From positions 113,584,001-113,648,000 of the forward strand of contig NC_042998.1 of the NCBI RefSeq assembly GCF_006345805.1: a DNA stretch of 64,000 bases, read 5' to 3'. The notes below the pieces were generated by a model. That model was not told the DNA's origin and did no database searches. It was given only the letters and a program-made list of their open reading frames with translations. The stretch is from Octopus sinensis. Its lineage: Eukaryota. Position 1 is the stretch's first letter; each line of letters starts with the position of its first letter. Shown piece after piece: positions 29,790 through 42,750 of the stretch. A program made the translations under genes and the position numbers.

Positions 29790-30445
29790 ATTATGTTTTT
29801 CGTCTTTCTAAAGCCTTATCGCTTGTTTTGTCCTTATATAAATTCTTTTCATCGATGTAGTCACTTTTTACTTCCTATTTCATTGTTTCATTATATATAA
29901 AGGTTACTTTTATTTAGTTTTCTTCATATCCCCTAATTGCCAAAAATCAGTTTCCCTTTAATGCATTTTAAGTATTTACCTAGTCCCACTGTTGTTACTT
30001 TGTAGTTCTCTTTGTATCAAGTACCGTCTCCACTGAGTGCCGGGTAAGTATACTCTATCTATATGAGCCTTAGAAAAGTGGTTTGGGAATGCTGCTAGCT
30101 GTTTGCTAGCTTTTCTGTTTTATCTCTTCAATTCACTTAACTTCCAATTTATGCTTAATCTGCAGTTTTTATTTTATTTTACACTGGGACGGTTACTGTA
30201 TTTATACCTATTATTTATAGCATTGGGTTCACTAATAGCCTGTCACTCTTGGAGTACACTTTTCTAATTTTCTCTTATATTTCTATATGTTGTATCTTAT
30301 CAGTTCATCTACGCCTACGTATTTGTAAGGGTGGATCCGTTCTAATTGTCTGATTTCAATGTCTGAGACTAATTTAATGTTCTCAGTTTTAGTTAATTTG
30401 CCTCTTATAGTAGCTTTGGCACATTTGTCTAGTCCCTTACTCATT
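29790..30445 (-). mobile_element. R4/Dong RT fragment
   Basis: Minus-strand frames give GLDKCAKATIRGKL..PYKYVGV, IGINTVTVPV and HFSKAHIDRVYLP. The 5' end abuts a degenerate (ATT)n tract. Confidence 0.75.
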
Positions 30446-31275
30446 TTTATATTCTGGCTGAAATATTTTTTATTTTATTATTTTTTAGTTTATTATTGTT
30501 ATTATTATCAATATTACTGCCATCATTATCATCGTCATTAATATTATTATTATTACATATTTTTTTTGTATCTCAGAAGAACTGAAAGAAAACAAAAGAA
30601 TTGAAAAGAAACAGAGAATCCCACCCAACCACCATATTTTTTCTTTTGTTTTGTTTTATGTTGTATATTCGTTCATCTTTTGCTGAAACGAAATACAAAT
30701 TAGTTAACTTTCTTTAACCCTCCCACTTCTCCTCTCCCACTACATGATGATGAAAATTAGTTCCTTTAACAATTGCTTGTGTAGCGAGGGGTTGAGAGGA
30801 TGAGTGGGGAGGCAGGAAGAATTGGTCGTATCCTATATATTAAAGAACCATTCCTAGCTCCCCCTAGCTCCCTCGTCTCCCGCCATCCATTTCCCTCTCT
30901 CCTCTCTCGTAATTCATTTATTTCTCGCTCTTCCTTCTCCCTGTATTTAGTTCTTTCTAGGAAATTAAGACGCGCTGTGTTATTTACCAAAATGCTAATC
31001 GGAACAGAGTTCTTGGCAAAATTACATGTCCATTTTCGGAAATCTGAGTTAAGAGGAACCGTTTAAAAAAATCTGTACCTTTTTTTCCCTTTCATAATCT
31101 CTCTTACCCTTATCTTTCTCTCAGCCTCTCTCTTTCTCTCTCCGTCATTCTCTCGCTTTGTCTGGCTGTTTCTTTAGAATCTGTGCCCTCCACTCTTTCT
31201 CTTTCTCTCACCGCCTCTCGATACTCCACCCTTTGTCCCTTTCCCACTAATTCTCCAGCATCTGCTCTCTCTCTC

Positions 31276-31315
<40 letters not shown>

Positions 31316-31735
31316 TTGTTTCTAAATACAAAAGCAATCTGAAGGGATTCGTTGCCAAGATGAACCCAAGTATTTTGATATCAATTTAAATACAAAGAGA
31401 TAAAGAAGAGAATTAATAGGTGGAGACAGACAGATGAATAGATACATAGACATACAAATTAAGATGATAGATAGTTAGATCGTTACATAGGTAGGGTGAT
31501 CTCTCTGTCTGCCTCTGTCTCTCTGCCCCTCTGTTTCTCTGTCTATTTACACATCCACCTATAAATACATGCACACATACATACATACATACATACATAC
31601 ATACATACATACATACATACATACATACATACATACATACACACACACATACATACATACATAAGACAGACAGACAGCTATATATTGATAGCTATATATA
31701 ATATATGCTGCATATACATACGTACACACACACAC

Positions 31736-31782
<47 letters not shown>

Positions 31783-31836
31783 TATACACATATAAAATCA
31801 CATAGATAATCAGGGACCGGTACACGCATATATATA

Positions 31837-31897
<61 letters not shown>

Positions 31898-32179
31898 TAA
31901 TATAATATATATGTATATATATGTATATGTATGTGTGTGTTTGCGTGTGTGTGTGTATGTATGTATGCAGCAATATAGATGGCAAACACGCACACGCGTG
32001 CACACAGGGAGAGAGAAAGAGTGTGGATGGGTGGGAGAGAACCTAAAAGGTAAGTATGAATGAGCGTTACGAGTTGGGTGTTACGAGTTTGTGGCGCTTC
32101 GATGAACTCTCCATTTCTAATGAAGATCGTTAAAGGAAATAGTGAGAGTCATTATAGTCTTTGATATGACCGTCATGCC

Positions 32180-32272
32180 ACGACTACTACTACTACTACT
32201 ACTAACTACCACCACCACCACCACCACCACCACCACACCACCACCACTACTACTACTACCACCACCACCACC

Positions 32273-32316
<44 letters not shown>

Positions 32317-32365
32317 CACCACCACCACTATTACTACTACTACTACTACTATTACCACCACCACC

Positions 32366-32401
<36 letters not shown>

Positions 32402-32600
32402 TACTACTACTACACTACTACTGTCACCTCCGCAACCACCATCTTGCGAGTATGGCTACTACCACCATCACTAAAATCACAACCACCAAAAGCGCCACTG
32501 CGTAAATCACCACCATGGTTCCCGCCTCAACATCATCTCCACACTATCGCCGACGACAACGACGACGACGACGACGACCACCACCACCACCACCATTATC
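32180..32600. repeat. Mosaic (CTA)n/(CCA)n/(CGA)n trinucleotide array
   Basis: Direct inspection. Confidence 0.9.
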
Positions 32601-33196
32601 GTCAGTCTTTTCTCCCTCCTCACCTCCAGTTAACATGCTGTCCACTGATTGTCATCACTGCGTAAGAAGCCACTCCCTCCTTTCCATTCTAACACATCCT
32701 CCTACCTCGTCTCAATTACAGATTGCACACGTTATCCCCCGCTCACATAGACATACACACACAAACTCGCATATATACACACATATACATACACACACAC
32801 TTACTCTCACACAAACACACACGCATTAATAGTGCGCATGCACTTACATCCTACACTTACCGATGAGTTCTCATAAGCAAACACACCCACATACATAAAA
32901 TATTTCCCCTAAGCAGTGAATACTATGTGTTACTGAAAGGCCTAGTTTTTTGTACCAAAAAACCTTCCCAAAGAGTTTAAGTAATTTACTACGAAACTAT
33001 GGGCTCTTGAAAAATCTCTTGCATAGGCGTAGGAGTGACTGTGTTGGGAAGTAGCTGGCTTACGAACGACATAGTTCCGGGTTCAGTCACACTGCGTGAC
33101 ACCTTGGGGAAGTGTTTTCTACTATAGACTCGGGCCGACCAAAGCCTTGTGAGTGGATTTGGTAGACGGAAACTGAAAGAAGCCGTCGTATATATG

Positions 33197-33230
<34 letters not shown>

Positions 33231-33356
33231 ATATATAATATAATATATATATATATATATATAAATGTAAAAATTTTGAATTCGCCTTAAATGGTCCTTT
33301 TACATACTGAACACTTGGTGAAATTGATTAATTAATTAATTTACCCTCAATTGTTG

Positions 33357-33388
<32 letters not shown>

Positions 33389-33490
33389 GTATATATATAT
33401 ATAATAATAATAAATATTAGGGAATAAATCCAAATTTACAGGGAAAAATCAGATTTAGGATTAAATCCAATTTTATAGTAAAATATTATA

Positions 33491-33761
33491 TAATATTAAT
33501 TCGAGACAAAACCACTATTTTGCAAAACAAACAAGGAAAGACTTAATCAATACATAAATTTTTTTTAATATAAAGAAATAAACCGCCACTACAATCGTTT
33601 CATGTCTTCAATGACATTCGTCAGGTGGATTTTCTGACGAATGTCATTGAAGACATGAAACGATTGTAGTGGCGTTTATTCTTTATATTAAAAAAAATTT
33701 TTATGTATTAATCTTTCCTTGTTTGTTTTGCAAAATAGTGGTTTGTCTCGAATTAATATTA
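33491..33761. repeat. ~130-bp-arm inverted repeat (inverted Penelope pLTR) with 9-nt spacer
   Basis: 33491-33624 is the reverse complement of 33634-33761 apart from a few small indels; the spacer is GTGGATTTT. Confidence 0.92.
33586..33628 (-). ncRNA. Complete minimal type-I hammerhead ribozyme
   Basis: Minus strand reads CCAC-CTGACGA-ATGTC-ATTGAA-GACAT-GAAAC-GATT-GTA^GTGG: 4-bp stem I, 5-bp stem II, intact core. Confidence 0.85.
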
Positions 33762-33771
33762 ATATATATAT

Positions 33772-33833
<62 letters not shown>

Positions 33834-33858
33834 GTATATGTGTGTATATATATATATA

Positions 33859-33893
<35 letters not shown>

Positions 33894-34146
33894 TATGTGT
33901 ATGTGTGTGTATATGTTTGTGTGTCTGTGTTTGTCCCCCAACATCGCTTGACAACCGATGCTGGTGTGTTTACGTCCCCGTAACTTAGCGGTTCGGCAAA
34001 ACAGACCGATAGAATAAGTACTAGGCTTACAAAGAATAAGTCCTGGGTCGATTTGTTCGACTAAAGTTGGTGCTCTAGCATGGTCACAGTCAAATGACTG
34101 AAACAAGTAAAAGAGTAAAAAAAAAAAAGAGAGAGAAAGAGAGAGA

Positions 34147-34543
34147 GTATTTATTTCCACTCTAAGCACAAAGCCTGAAATTTAAGAGGAGAGTTTAGTT
34201 GTTTCCATCGACCCAGTGCTCAGCTGGGACTTATTTTATCGGCCTCGAAAGGGTGAAAGGCGAGTCGACTCCGGCAGAATTTGAACTCAGAACGTAGGGC
34301 AAGAAGAAATACCTATTTCTTTACTACCCACAAGGCGCCAAACACAGAGAGGACAAACAAGGACAGATAAACGGATTAAGTCGATTATATCGACCCCAGT
34401 GCGTAATTAGTACTTAATTTATCGACCCCGAAAGGATGAAGGGCAAAGTCGACCTCGGCGAAATTTGAACTCAGAACGTAACGGCAGACGAAATACGGTT
34501 ACGCATTTCGCCCGGCGTGCTAACGTTTCTGCCAGCTCGCCGC
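34147..34543 (-). mobile_element. Two adjacent SINE family A copies (34313-34543 near full length)
   Basis: Reverse complement of 24799-25029. Confidence 0.85.
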
Positions 34544-34581
34544 TATAGAAATTCTTTTATTATTCACATTTGATATAACAT

Positions 34582-34613
<32 letters not shown>

Positions 34614-34731
34614 TGTATGTATGTATGTATGTATGTATGTATGTATGTATGTATGTATGCATGCATGTGTGTATGTATGTATGTATGTATGTATGTATGT
34701 ATGTATGCATGTGTGTATGTATGTGTGTGTT

Positions 34732-34928
34732 CTTTTATTCTTTTATTCTTTTACTCGTTGTAGTCATTTGAGTGCGGCCATGCTGGAGCACCGCATTTAG
34801 TCGAGCAAATCGGCCCTAGGACTTATTCTTTGTAAGCTTAGTATTTATTCTATCGGTCTGTTTTGCCGAACCGCTAAGTTACGGCGACGTAAACACACCA
34901 GTATCGGTTGTCAAGCGATGTTGGGGCA

Positions 34929-34971
<43 letters not shown>

Positions 34972-35145
34972 CACACACACACACACACACACACACAGAT
35001 ACACGACGAGGTTCCTTCAGTTTTCGTCTGCCAAATCCACGCACAAGGCTATAGTAGAAGACACTTGCCCACGGTGCCACGCAGTGGAACTGAACTCGGA
35101 ATCACGTGGTTGTTTAGCAAGCTACTTACCTACACAGTCACTCCT
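34732..35145 (-). mobile_element. SINE family B with internal (CA)n
   Basis: Reverse complement of 290-702. Confidence 0.85.
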
Positions 35146-35184
35146 ATATATATATATATATATACACACGCACACACACACACA

Positions 35185-35218
<34 letters not shown>

Positions 35219-35270
35219 ACACATACACAAACACACACACACAAACACCTAGACACATAAATAATAAACG

Positions 35271-35570
35271 TGGAGGTGTGTGACTTAGTGGTTAGGGTTT
35301 TGATTCACGATCGTAAAATTGTGGTTTCGATTCCTGGACCGGACGATGCGTTGTGTTCTTGAGCAAAACACTTCACTTCTCTTTGCTTCAGTTCACTCAC
35401 CAGTAGAAATGAGTACCATTAGAAGAGGTAGGTTGCTTAGCGGTTAGAGCGTTGGATTCACCACCTTAAGATTGTGGTTTCGACCACTGGACCGGGCGAT
35501 CCGTTGTGTTCATGAGCAAAACACTTCATTTTCAAGTTGCTCCAGTCCACTCAGCTGTAGAAATGAGTTT
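35271..35570 (+). mobile_element. Two tandem SINE family C heads
   Basis: CTTAG(T/C)GGTTAG..GGTTTCGA..CTGGACCGG..TGAGCAAAACACTTCA occurs twice. Confidence 0.75.
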
Positions 35571-35672
35571 AGCCTAGAGAGGGTTGGACTCCGCCAAGTT
35601 TTCTCGTTCTAGATACGTTGCATGACTGCAGCGCCCCCACATCTCCCAAGGGGTTAAGGGACTTGTCAATTA

Positions 35673-36110
35673 TCAATAATAATAAACGCGAAATTCTGTC
35701 TGTCCGTCCGTCTGGAACCCCTGTATCTCAGTCAACATTTGCTGTACATTGACATATTAAACCTTTTTGGAATCAAGATGAACCCGGAATTGAAAATCTG
35801 CCCTTTATTTGGTTCTTGAACATCCAGCATTGGGATCAGGTCTGGATGAGAATATGCTAACATTTGAAAATTCAAATTTTAAAAGAACCCCATAAATTTG
35901 CGAACGTATAAGTTTTTTTTTTATTTATTTAAACTGACTTTAATGCAATACCGTATTGGTAGGGTAATACCATATTGGGAAAGTAATACCATTTGTGGGT
36001 ATCAATAAATGTTTTATTATTATTACTCTCTCTAGTTTTGGGCAGCAAGTCCAACTCGCCCTCTGCAGGAGCTAACTTAAAAGTCTGCACGAGTGTGGCT
36101 TTTAAGCTAG
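35673..36110 (+). mobile_element. Probable non-autonomous Helitron
   Basis: A|TC start followed by CTGTCTGTCCGTCC; imperfect hairpin AAAAGTCTGCAC-GA-GTGTGGCTTTT just before CTAG|T. Confidence 0.65.
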
Positions 36111-36114
36111 TATA

Positions 36115-36162
<48 letters not shown>

Positions 36163-36169
36163 CTTATAT

Positions 36170-36950
36170 GGTGGTCGTCAAACCAACTTCGGGTATAATC
36201 TCTTTCTCATTGCAGACGAATGCTTGTAACAAACATACATTTGCTCAATGTTCCAAAGAAAATTGAAGCCTTGTCAATCCGCAAGTTAATTTCGGTATCT
36301 AGGGATCCTTCCCTAGAGATAGAGCTTCCAAGATATGCGAAGTACTCTATATAATCAAATCTGGTTCCTTAGCCAAGTATAGTAAGTTTCTCAAACGTCT
36401 CAGTCAGAGCAGTGTAAACATGGTTTTAATTTTTTTAGTCCAAAAGCTGTCCAAGCACAGAAGTGGTTCATTATTTTCTCACTATCATGTTCAGAGAGAG
36501 CCACAAGAACCCAATCATTAGCATAAAACTTATTTCGAAGAAATTGTAAAGGTCTTGGATTTAGTTCCGAAACAAAGATACCTTGATCACAGTCCATAAA
36601 TACATGAAGAGTCACTACTGCAAAGTATACTAAGAACAAAGTTGGCTCGCTGTTTAATACCATTCTTCACTGCAATCAGTGTCAGCAGAGTACCATTCGA
36701 ATTGAAGTAGGCATTTCTATCAGTTTGTAATTGGACAAATAAATCAACAAATTTAGATGACTACTCTAGCTTCATAAAAATTCTCCACAGGGCATTTCTA
36801 TTCATATACGTATAAAGGTAAGTCTCTGTTCTATGCGCTTCACCAGCAATTCTCTGATGTTAAAGTGGTACCTCTACCAGATTCAAATTCGTATTAAATC
36901 TCTGAGACAGCCGTGGAGAATATGTATATCTATAGCCGATTCAGTAAAAA
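36170..36950 (-). mobile_element. Decayed RTE-clade LINE reverse transcriptase
   Basis: EPTLFLVYF, KFYANDWVLVALSE (YADD), AFGL and FAYLGSSISREGSLDTEINLRIDKASIFFGTL. Confidence 0.8.
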
Positions 36951-37583
36951 TTAGACGATTATCTTAATTACTTATAAGTATATATACACATACATAAATA
37001 CATAAATCATATATACACACATAAACCCACACACATACACATACACGTGTATGCACGCACGCACACATGTGTATATATATATGCATGTATGTATGTATGT
37101 GTGTCTGTGTACGACTGTGTAACAAACCACAAACTAACGTATACACATACACACACACACACACACGCTTACACTCACACATACCGGCTCACAAAACATA
37201 TGCAAACTATTCACACCCATATGTACAGTAATTAGAAGCCAAGTCTTTTTGCCCAACCTCCAATACAACAGTGAGAGAGAAATAAGCAACAAAAGAGCCA
37301 AAACGCACAAAACAAAAACAAAAATAAAACATAAGTCCCAACATAACTAATAAAATTTAACCAAAAGACAAGATCTTCAAATGATCTGTGTCACGTGTGC
37401 TAACGAACGCCATTACGGTTACACGCTAGCTTAACACTTCCGGTTAACAGTTGAGAACCGTATCAGCTTCAGCAAACACGAGTAAACGGCTTATGAGTGC
37501 TTCGAAGTGGCGTTGATCTTTCTGTAAATATTTACTCTATGGTTTATACATTATTTGAAACCAACTTATACATGGTGTGCCCT

Positions 37584-37630
<47 letters not shown>

Positions 37631-37950
37631 CTCCCTCTCTCTCTTTCTGTGCGTGCGCCTAGATGTGTGTGGCGTTTGTGGTAGCACTAGTGTTAGTGGT
37701 AGTCGTGATACATAGGTATCGTTGATCGCGTATATGCTATCCACATTCTACACTGTTTGCATAATTGTATAAAAGCACAGATACACACACGCGAGCGCAC
37801 ACACGCACGCATGCACATGTATACAGCTATATTATTGCATGTTATGCATATATATATATATATATTATATTATATATATAATATATATAATATATATTAT
37901 ATACGTTTAAATATTTGTTGGCTAAACTGGCAATATGACCATTTCCGGAA

Positions 37951-37996
<46 letters not shown>

Positions 37997-38349
37997 TGTA
38001 TGGTTTTACCAATACACAAATACATGTATATATGTATATACATAAATGCACACACACACGCGCATATATGTGTGTGAGTATCCATAAATATTTATATACA
38101 CATGTATAAAAACGTATATATTCGTTTATATATATATTTATATCGTCTATCTCTTTCTATGTATCTGTCTATCTGTCAATGAGCGTGTGTGCGTATATAT
38201 ATATATTCTATTCTTTTATTCTTTTATTCTTTTATTCTTAATTAAAACTGTCCGATGAACGGGAGCGTGAAACTCTGAGTAACAGTTTCTGTGATGTTTT
38301 TGCAGCTTTATCATTATTATTATTATTATTATTATTGCTATTACTATTA

Positions 38350-38403
<54 letters not shown>

Positions 38404-38436
38404 CATTATTATCATTAATATTACTATTATTATTAC

Positions 38437-38473
<37 letters not shown>

Positions 38474-38562
38474 GTTGTTGTTGTTGTTGTTGTTATTGTT
38501 TTATTATTATTATTATTATTGTTGTTGTTGTTGTTATTATTATTATTATTATTATTATAATT

Positions 38563-38593
<31 letters not shown>

Positions 38594-39202
38594 GTGTTAG
38601 TGAAACCGTATGTCATATTACCAGTCAATGTACGACACTAGTCCAGAAGGAATATAAGAGACGCCACGACAATATAGTAAGGATTGTCTGTTGGACACTT
38701 TGCAACAAGAATGGACTTGACAGAGCAAAAAATTGGTACGACCACAAACCCGAAGGCATTATCGAAAATGATAATGCAAAGATCCCATGGGATTTTATGA
38801 TTCAGTGCGACCATGAGACAGAGAATAGGAAGTCAGACATAGTCCTAATTGAGAAAGAAAGCAAACTATGCTGGATCATAGATATAGCATGCCCAGCTGA
38901 CAACAAGATATGCGATAAGGAAGAAAGTTAGCTTGGGAGGTTAAGCAGTTGTGGTCGATGAAAAAGGTGGCAGTAGTACCAATAACTGTTGGAGCCCTGG
39001 GAATAGTGAGTAAAAATCTTGAGAAGTACATGGAACAAATAGGGGCTGCAATAAGGGTGGAGCACTTGCAGAAAGCAGCACTGCTTGGAACCGCTCGAAT
39101 ACTCTAGAAGGTGCTCGGAAAATAAGAGGTGTTACCTTAGTTCACTGGTAGTGAATAGCTGATACCGTAGTACTTCTCCAGAGTTAGAAGCTGTGCAAAG
39201 GC
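38594..39202 (+). mobile_element. R4/Dong 3' end (CCHC + RLE + 3' UTR) inside (AAT)n
   Basis: ETVCHITSQC..EYKRRHD, WDFMIQCDH..NRKSDIVLIEK..IIDIACPAD and LQKAALLGTARIL; (AAT)n on both sides. Confidence 0.9.
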
Positions 39203-39246
<44 letters not shown>

Positions 39247-39603
39247 TAATATAATATATATATATATTCACAAACAAACCAAACAGATATCACACTCATA
39301 AGCATACATACACATACACATATATTTGATGATGAATCTCACTGGTGTGAAATGCAATCAAGCGAAAGAAAGCTCATTTCTTTTGTGTAAGCTGCTACTC
39401 GGAGTCCCTCGTTCCTAATTCTCAGGCAAATAATGATGTGATGAATGAAGTTTAGACAGGGCTTGTGTTGCAGAACAGCTATCACAACTTCAGTACGGCA
39501 GAAAAGAAAACCATAGTATTCTGTAACAATTCATCGCTGGACTTCAAATTGGAGCTGTCTTCTTTTGCATGCACAAGCTCAAGTATATGTGCTTATGCAA
39601 CAG

Positions 39604-39645
<42 letters not shown>

Positions 39646-39939
39646 ACACACATACATACACACACACATACACACAAGACACACAAAGCAATACATATAT
39701 ATAAGCATATTTAGGAATGCAACATATAAATTACAATTTCTCTAGACTTTAGGATTAGAACAATTACATTTAAGGTAGAGCATATATTTTGAAATGCATA
39801 CTGCAGAATATTGTATGTGGTTTCTGGATATTAAGATAAAACATGGATCAATTTTATCGCGCTATGTGTGCTTTGTACATAATTCGGTGGATAATGTAGC
39901 TAGTTTTAAGGTTTTGTTGGGGTGACTTGAACCTGTGCC

Positions 39940-40255
39940 TAGAAAAAGAGATAGTTCCGATTTTAAGTTCAGGATGGATTTGATACAGAATAGTATGGCC
40001 ATCTTCTCGATGATACACAAGTTGAAATTGTCGTTCTGTTTGTACGCTTTAGTGCGGTCAATAAGCTTGTGGTTGGTTGTGGTTAGACTAATTTTGACAA
40101 ACCAGTATTTGCTGATATCTTTCTGTTACTGAAGAAGTAACTATGTTGGTAGAAACTAAACTTAAAAGTATTTTCGGCGTAACCTTGTAGGATTTGGTAT
40201 GTTGTTATTGTCTTTGCAGATAACTCAACGGCATCTTACTGATTTTATGAGGTGT
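39940..40255 (-). mobile_element. Penelope-like GIY-YIG C-terminal relic
   Basis: Minus-strand frames give AENTFKFSFYQH, ISKYW and AYKQNDNFNLCIIEKMAIL..LNLKSEL, a degenerate CNLCLxEK..LNxRSE pattern. Confidence 0.6.
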
Positions 40256-40457
40256 AGACAAACGCAAAAGCGCACACACGCAATCATCCAAAACAGGATT
40301 AGAATTAAGAACGTAATTATATGTAATTATTCTATGTTATACATACATGCAACCGCTTGCACACGCACACGTATGTATATACAAGTTCTTAATTTCAGTT
40401 TACTCTCTTTGGTAGATATTACACAAGAACATCGCTCTCACTCTTTCTTACTCTCTG

Positions 40458-40506
<49 letters not shown>

Positions 40507-40823
40507 TATATTGGAGTGAGTGCATTTGTATGGTTGTCTGTGTGTTCGTACATACACACACACGCACACACACACATATATATATGTGTGTGTGTGTGTA
40601 TGTGCGTGTATATATTTCACCGCAGTGTTTGTGCGTATAATGTAGTATCTAATTAGGAATGTGTAAATGTACTTCCGATTGTTTAAGCACGCACACACGC
40701 ACACGGACACAGACATACACAAGGGCACACACATACACTTGGTTATATCAGCGTGTACAAACTTTTGTCTGTTTCGTCTACTTGTTTAAAACTTGTTATA
40801 TATACATAGACATACATACAAAA

Positions 40824-41025
40824 TGTGACCGCGTGTGTACCGTTGGCGATTTCTTTCCTCTGTCTTCCCTTCTCTGGATAGATCTTTCCTTCTCCTATGT
40901 TTCCGACGAAGAGCTCTGCTCGAAACGTTAAACCCTCCTTCTTTCCTGAGCGTCCAATAATACTATATTTGTTCCACGTCCTCGCGTTGTTGTGTTTTTT
41001 TTGTGCTTTCTTGTTTGGATTAACT
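40824..41025 (+). mobile_element. ~200-bp pLTR-like repeat with hammerhead motif (40899-40933)
   Basis: GTTT-CCGACGA-A-GAGC-TCT-GCTC-GAAAC-GTT-AAAC; homologous to 22645-22840 and 62212-62395; followed by (TACA)n. Confidence 0.75.
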
Positions 41026-41078
41026 TTATATACATACATACATACATACATACATACATACATACATACATACATACA

Positions 41079-41114
<36 letters not shown>

Positions 41115-41397
41115 TATATAAAATTATAAATATAAATTAATAATTTAAATAATTTTTAAATTTTAACTTTAAATTTAAATAGTTAATTTTAAAATTTTAT
41201 ATTTTATATATTTGTATATTATATTAATTAATTTTATTTCTATGTATTGATTTATGTTTTTCACTGTTGATTTGCCTAATAGTGGTTTTATCTGTAATTT
41301 AATATATATATATACATACACATACATATATAAATATATATGTATGGATATTATGTATATATATATGTATATACATGCATATATATATATATTATAG

Positions 41398-41432
<35 letters not shown>

Positions 41433-41454
41433 ATATGTATATATATGATATACA

Positions 41455-41491
<37 letters not shown>

Positions 41492-41620
41492 ATAATATTA
41501 TATATACATATATATATATAACATATATATGTATATACATATATACATATATACATATACATATATATATATGTATATACATATATTATATATACATATA
41601 TATATATGTATATATATGTG

Positions 41621-41659
<39 letters not shown>

Positions 41660-41960
41660 TATATTATATTATATATATATATAATATATATAGCAGAGAG
41701 AGGGAGAGGGAGAGAAACAGATAAAGAGAGGTAGAGGGTATGTTATACGCGTGGCTCCCTTGCATTTGATATGCGTATTTGTGTTTGTGTGTGTATGTGT
41801 TGGTTTGTGTGTAAGTGTGTGTGTTTGTGTTTGTATGTGCGTGTATACAATTATACGAAAGTGTTGAACGACGTCAACTTGTCAGCTTGAATTACAAGTC
41901 AAAGGACATTTGACATTTCCAAACACTAACAGAAGGTCTAACGTGTGTATGTGTGTGTAA

Positions 41961-41991
<31 letters not shown>

Positions 41992-42098
41992 TGAGTATGT
42001 GTGTGTGTGTGCGTTGTATATAAATCTATATACATAGAGAATATATTTGTGCATACGTACATATGTTGAGTGTCCGCGTGCGGTTGAGATGTGCGAGG

Positions 42099-42131
<33 letters not shown>

Positions 42132-42360
42132 TGCGTGTATGTATGTGCATGTGTGCGCGTGTATATTAGCTAGGGTGCGTGTGTCGCTGCACCGTTTCGA
42201 TAGCAATGTGGCGGGGAGATGTGTAGGTAGACAGGGGTGCATGTGTACACGACAGAGGCAGTGTCGTGGTGTCTATGTAACGTGATCCACCCCAAAGCTG
42301 TAAACAGGCCTTTGGTGAGGTGTTCAACTTTCTCGGGGTCTCTCGCATGACGTGTGACGG

Positions 42361-42398
<38 letters not shown>

Positions 42399-42585
42399 CA
42401 ACAACAACAACAGCACAACAACAACAACAACAACAACACAACAACAACAACAGTAAAACAGTAATGCCGACGGTGACGACAACGATAGCAACTCCCAAAA
42501 CTCCAAAAACGACAACAGTAAAAGCAATAACACCAACGACAACAGCAATAACTGTAGCGATGACGACGACGACAGCAACAACGTA

Positions 42586-42750
42586 GAGGCGAAATGGCCC
42601 AGTGGTTAGGGCAGCGGACTGGCGGTCGCAAGAACGCGGTTTCGATTCCCAGATCGGGCATTGTGAGTGTTTATTGAGCAAAAACACCTAAGTTCCACGA
42701 CGCTCCGGCGCTGGGTGGTGGTGAACCCCGCTGTACTCTTTCTTCCTACT
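42586..42750 (+). mobile_element. tRNA-derived SINE head
   Basis: A box TGGCCCAGTGG and B box GGTTTCGATTCCC, then TTGAGCAAAAACAC; no complete cloverleaf. Confidence 0.7.

Larger units (their letters stand above)
33025..34117 (+). mobile_element. SINE family B split by a nested Penelope-like fold-back
   Basis: Head at 33025-33190 and tail at about 33925-34117, both colinear with 290-702; the foreign insert lies in the internal (TA)n. Confidence 0.85.

Noticed and set aside
32142-32829. Pro/Leu/His-rich ORFs resembling low-complexity transcription factor regions
   Set aside because: They are explained entirely by a (CTA)/(CCA) trinucleotide mosaic, and no adjacent conserved domain was found.
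42320-42586. PolyA/polyQ ORF (AAAA..QQQQ)
   Set aside because: A CAG/CAA microsatellite that runs directly into a SINE head; no coding flanks.
42586-42660. Possible tRNA gene
   Set aside because: A and B boxes are present, but there is no acceptor stem or terminator and it continues into a SINE body.
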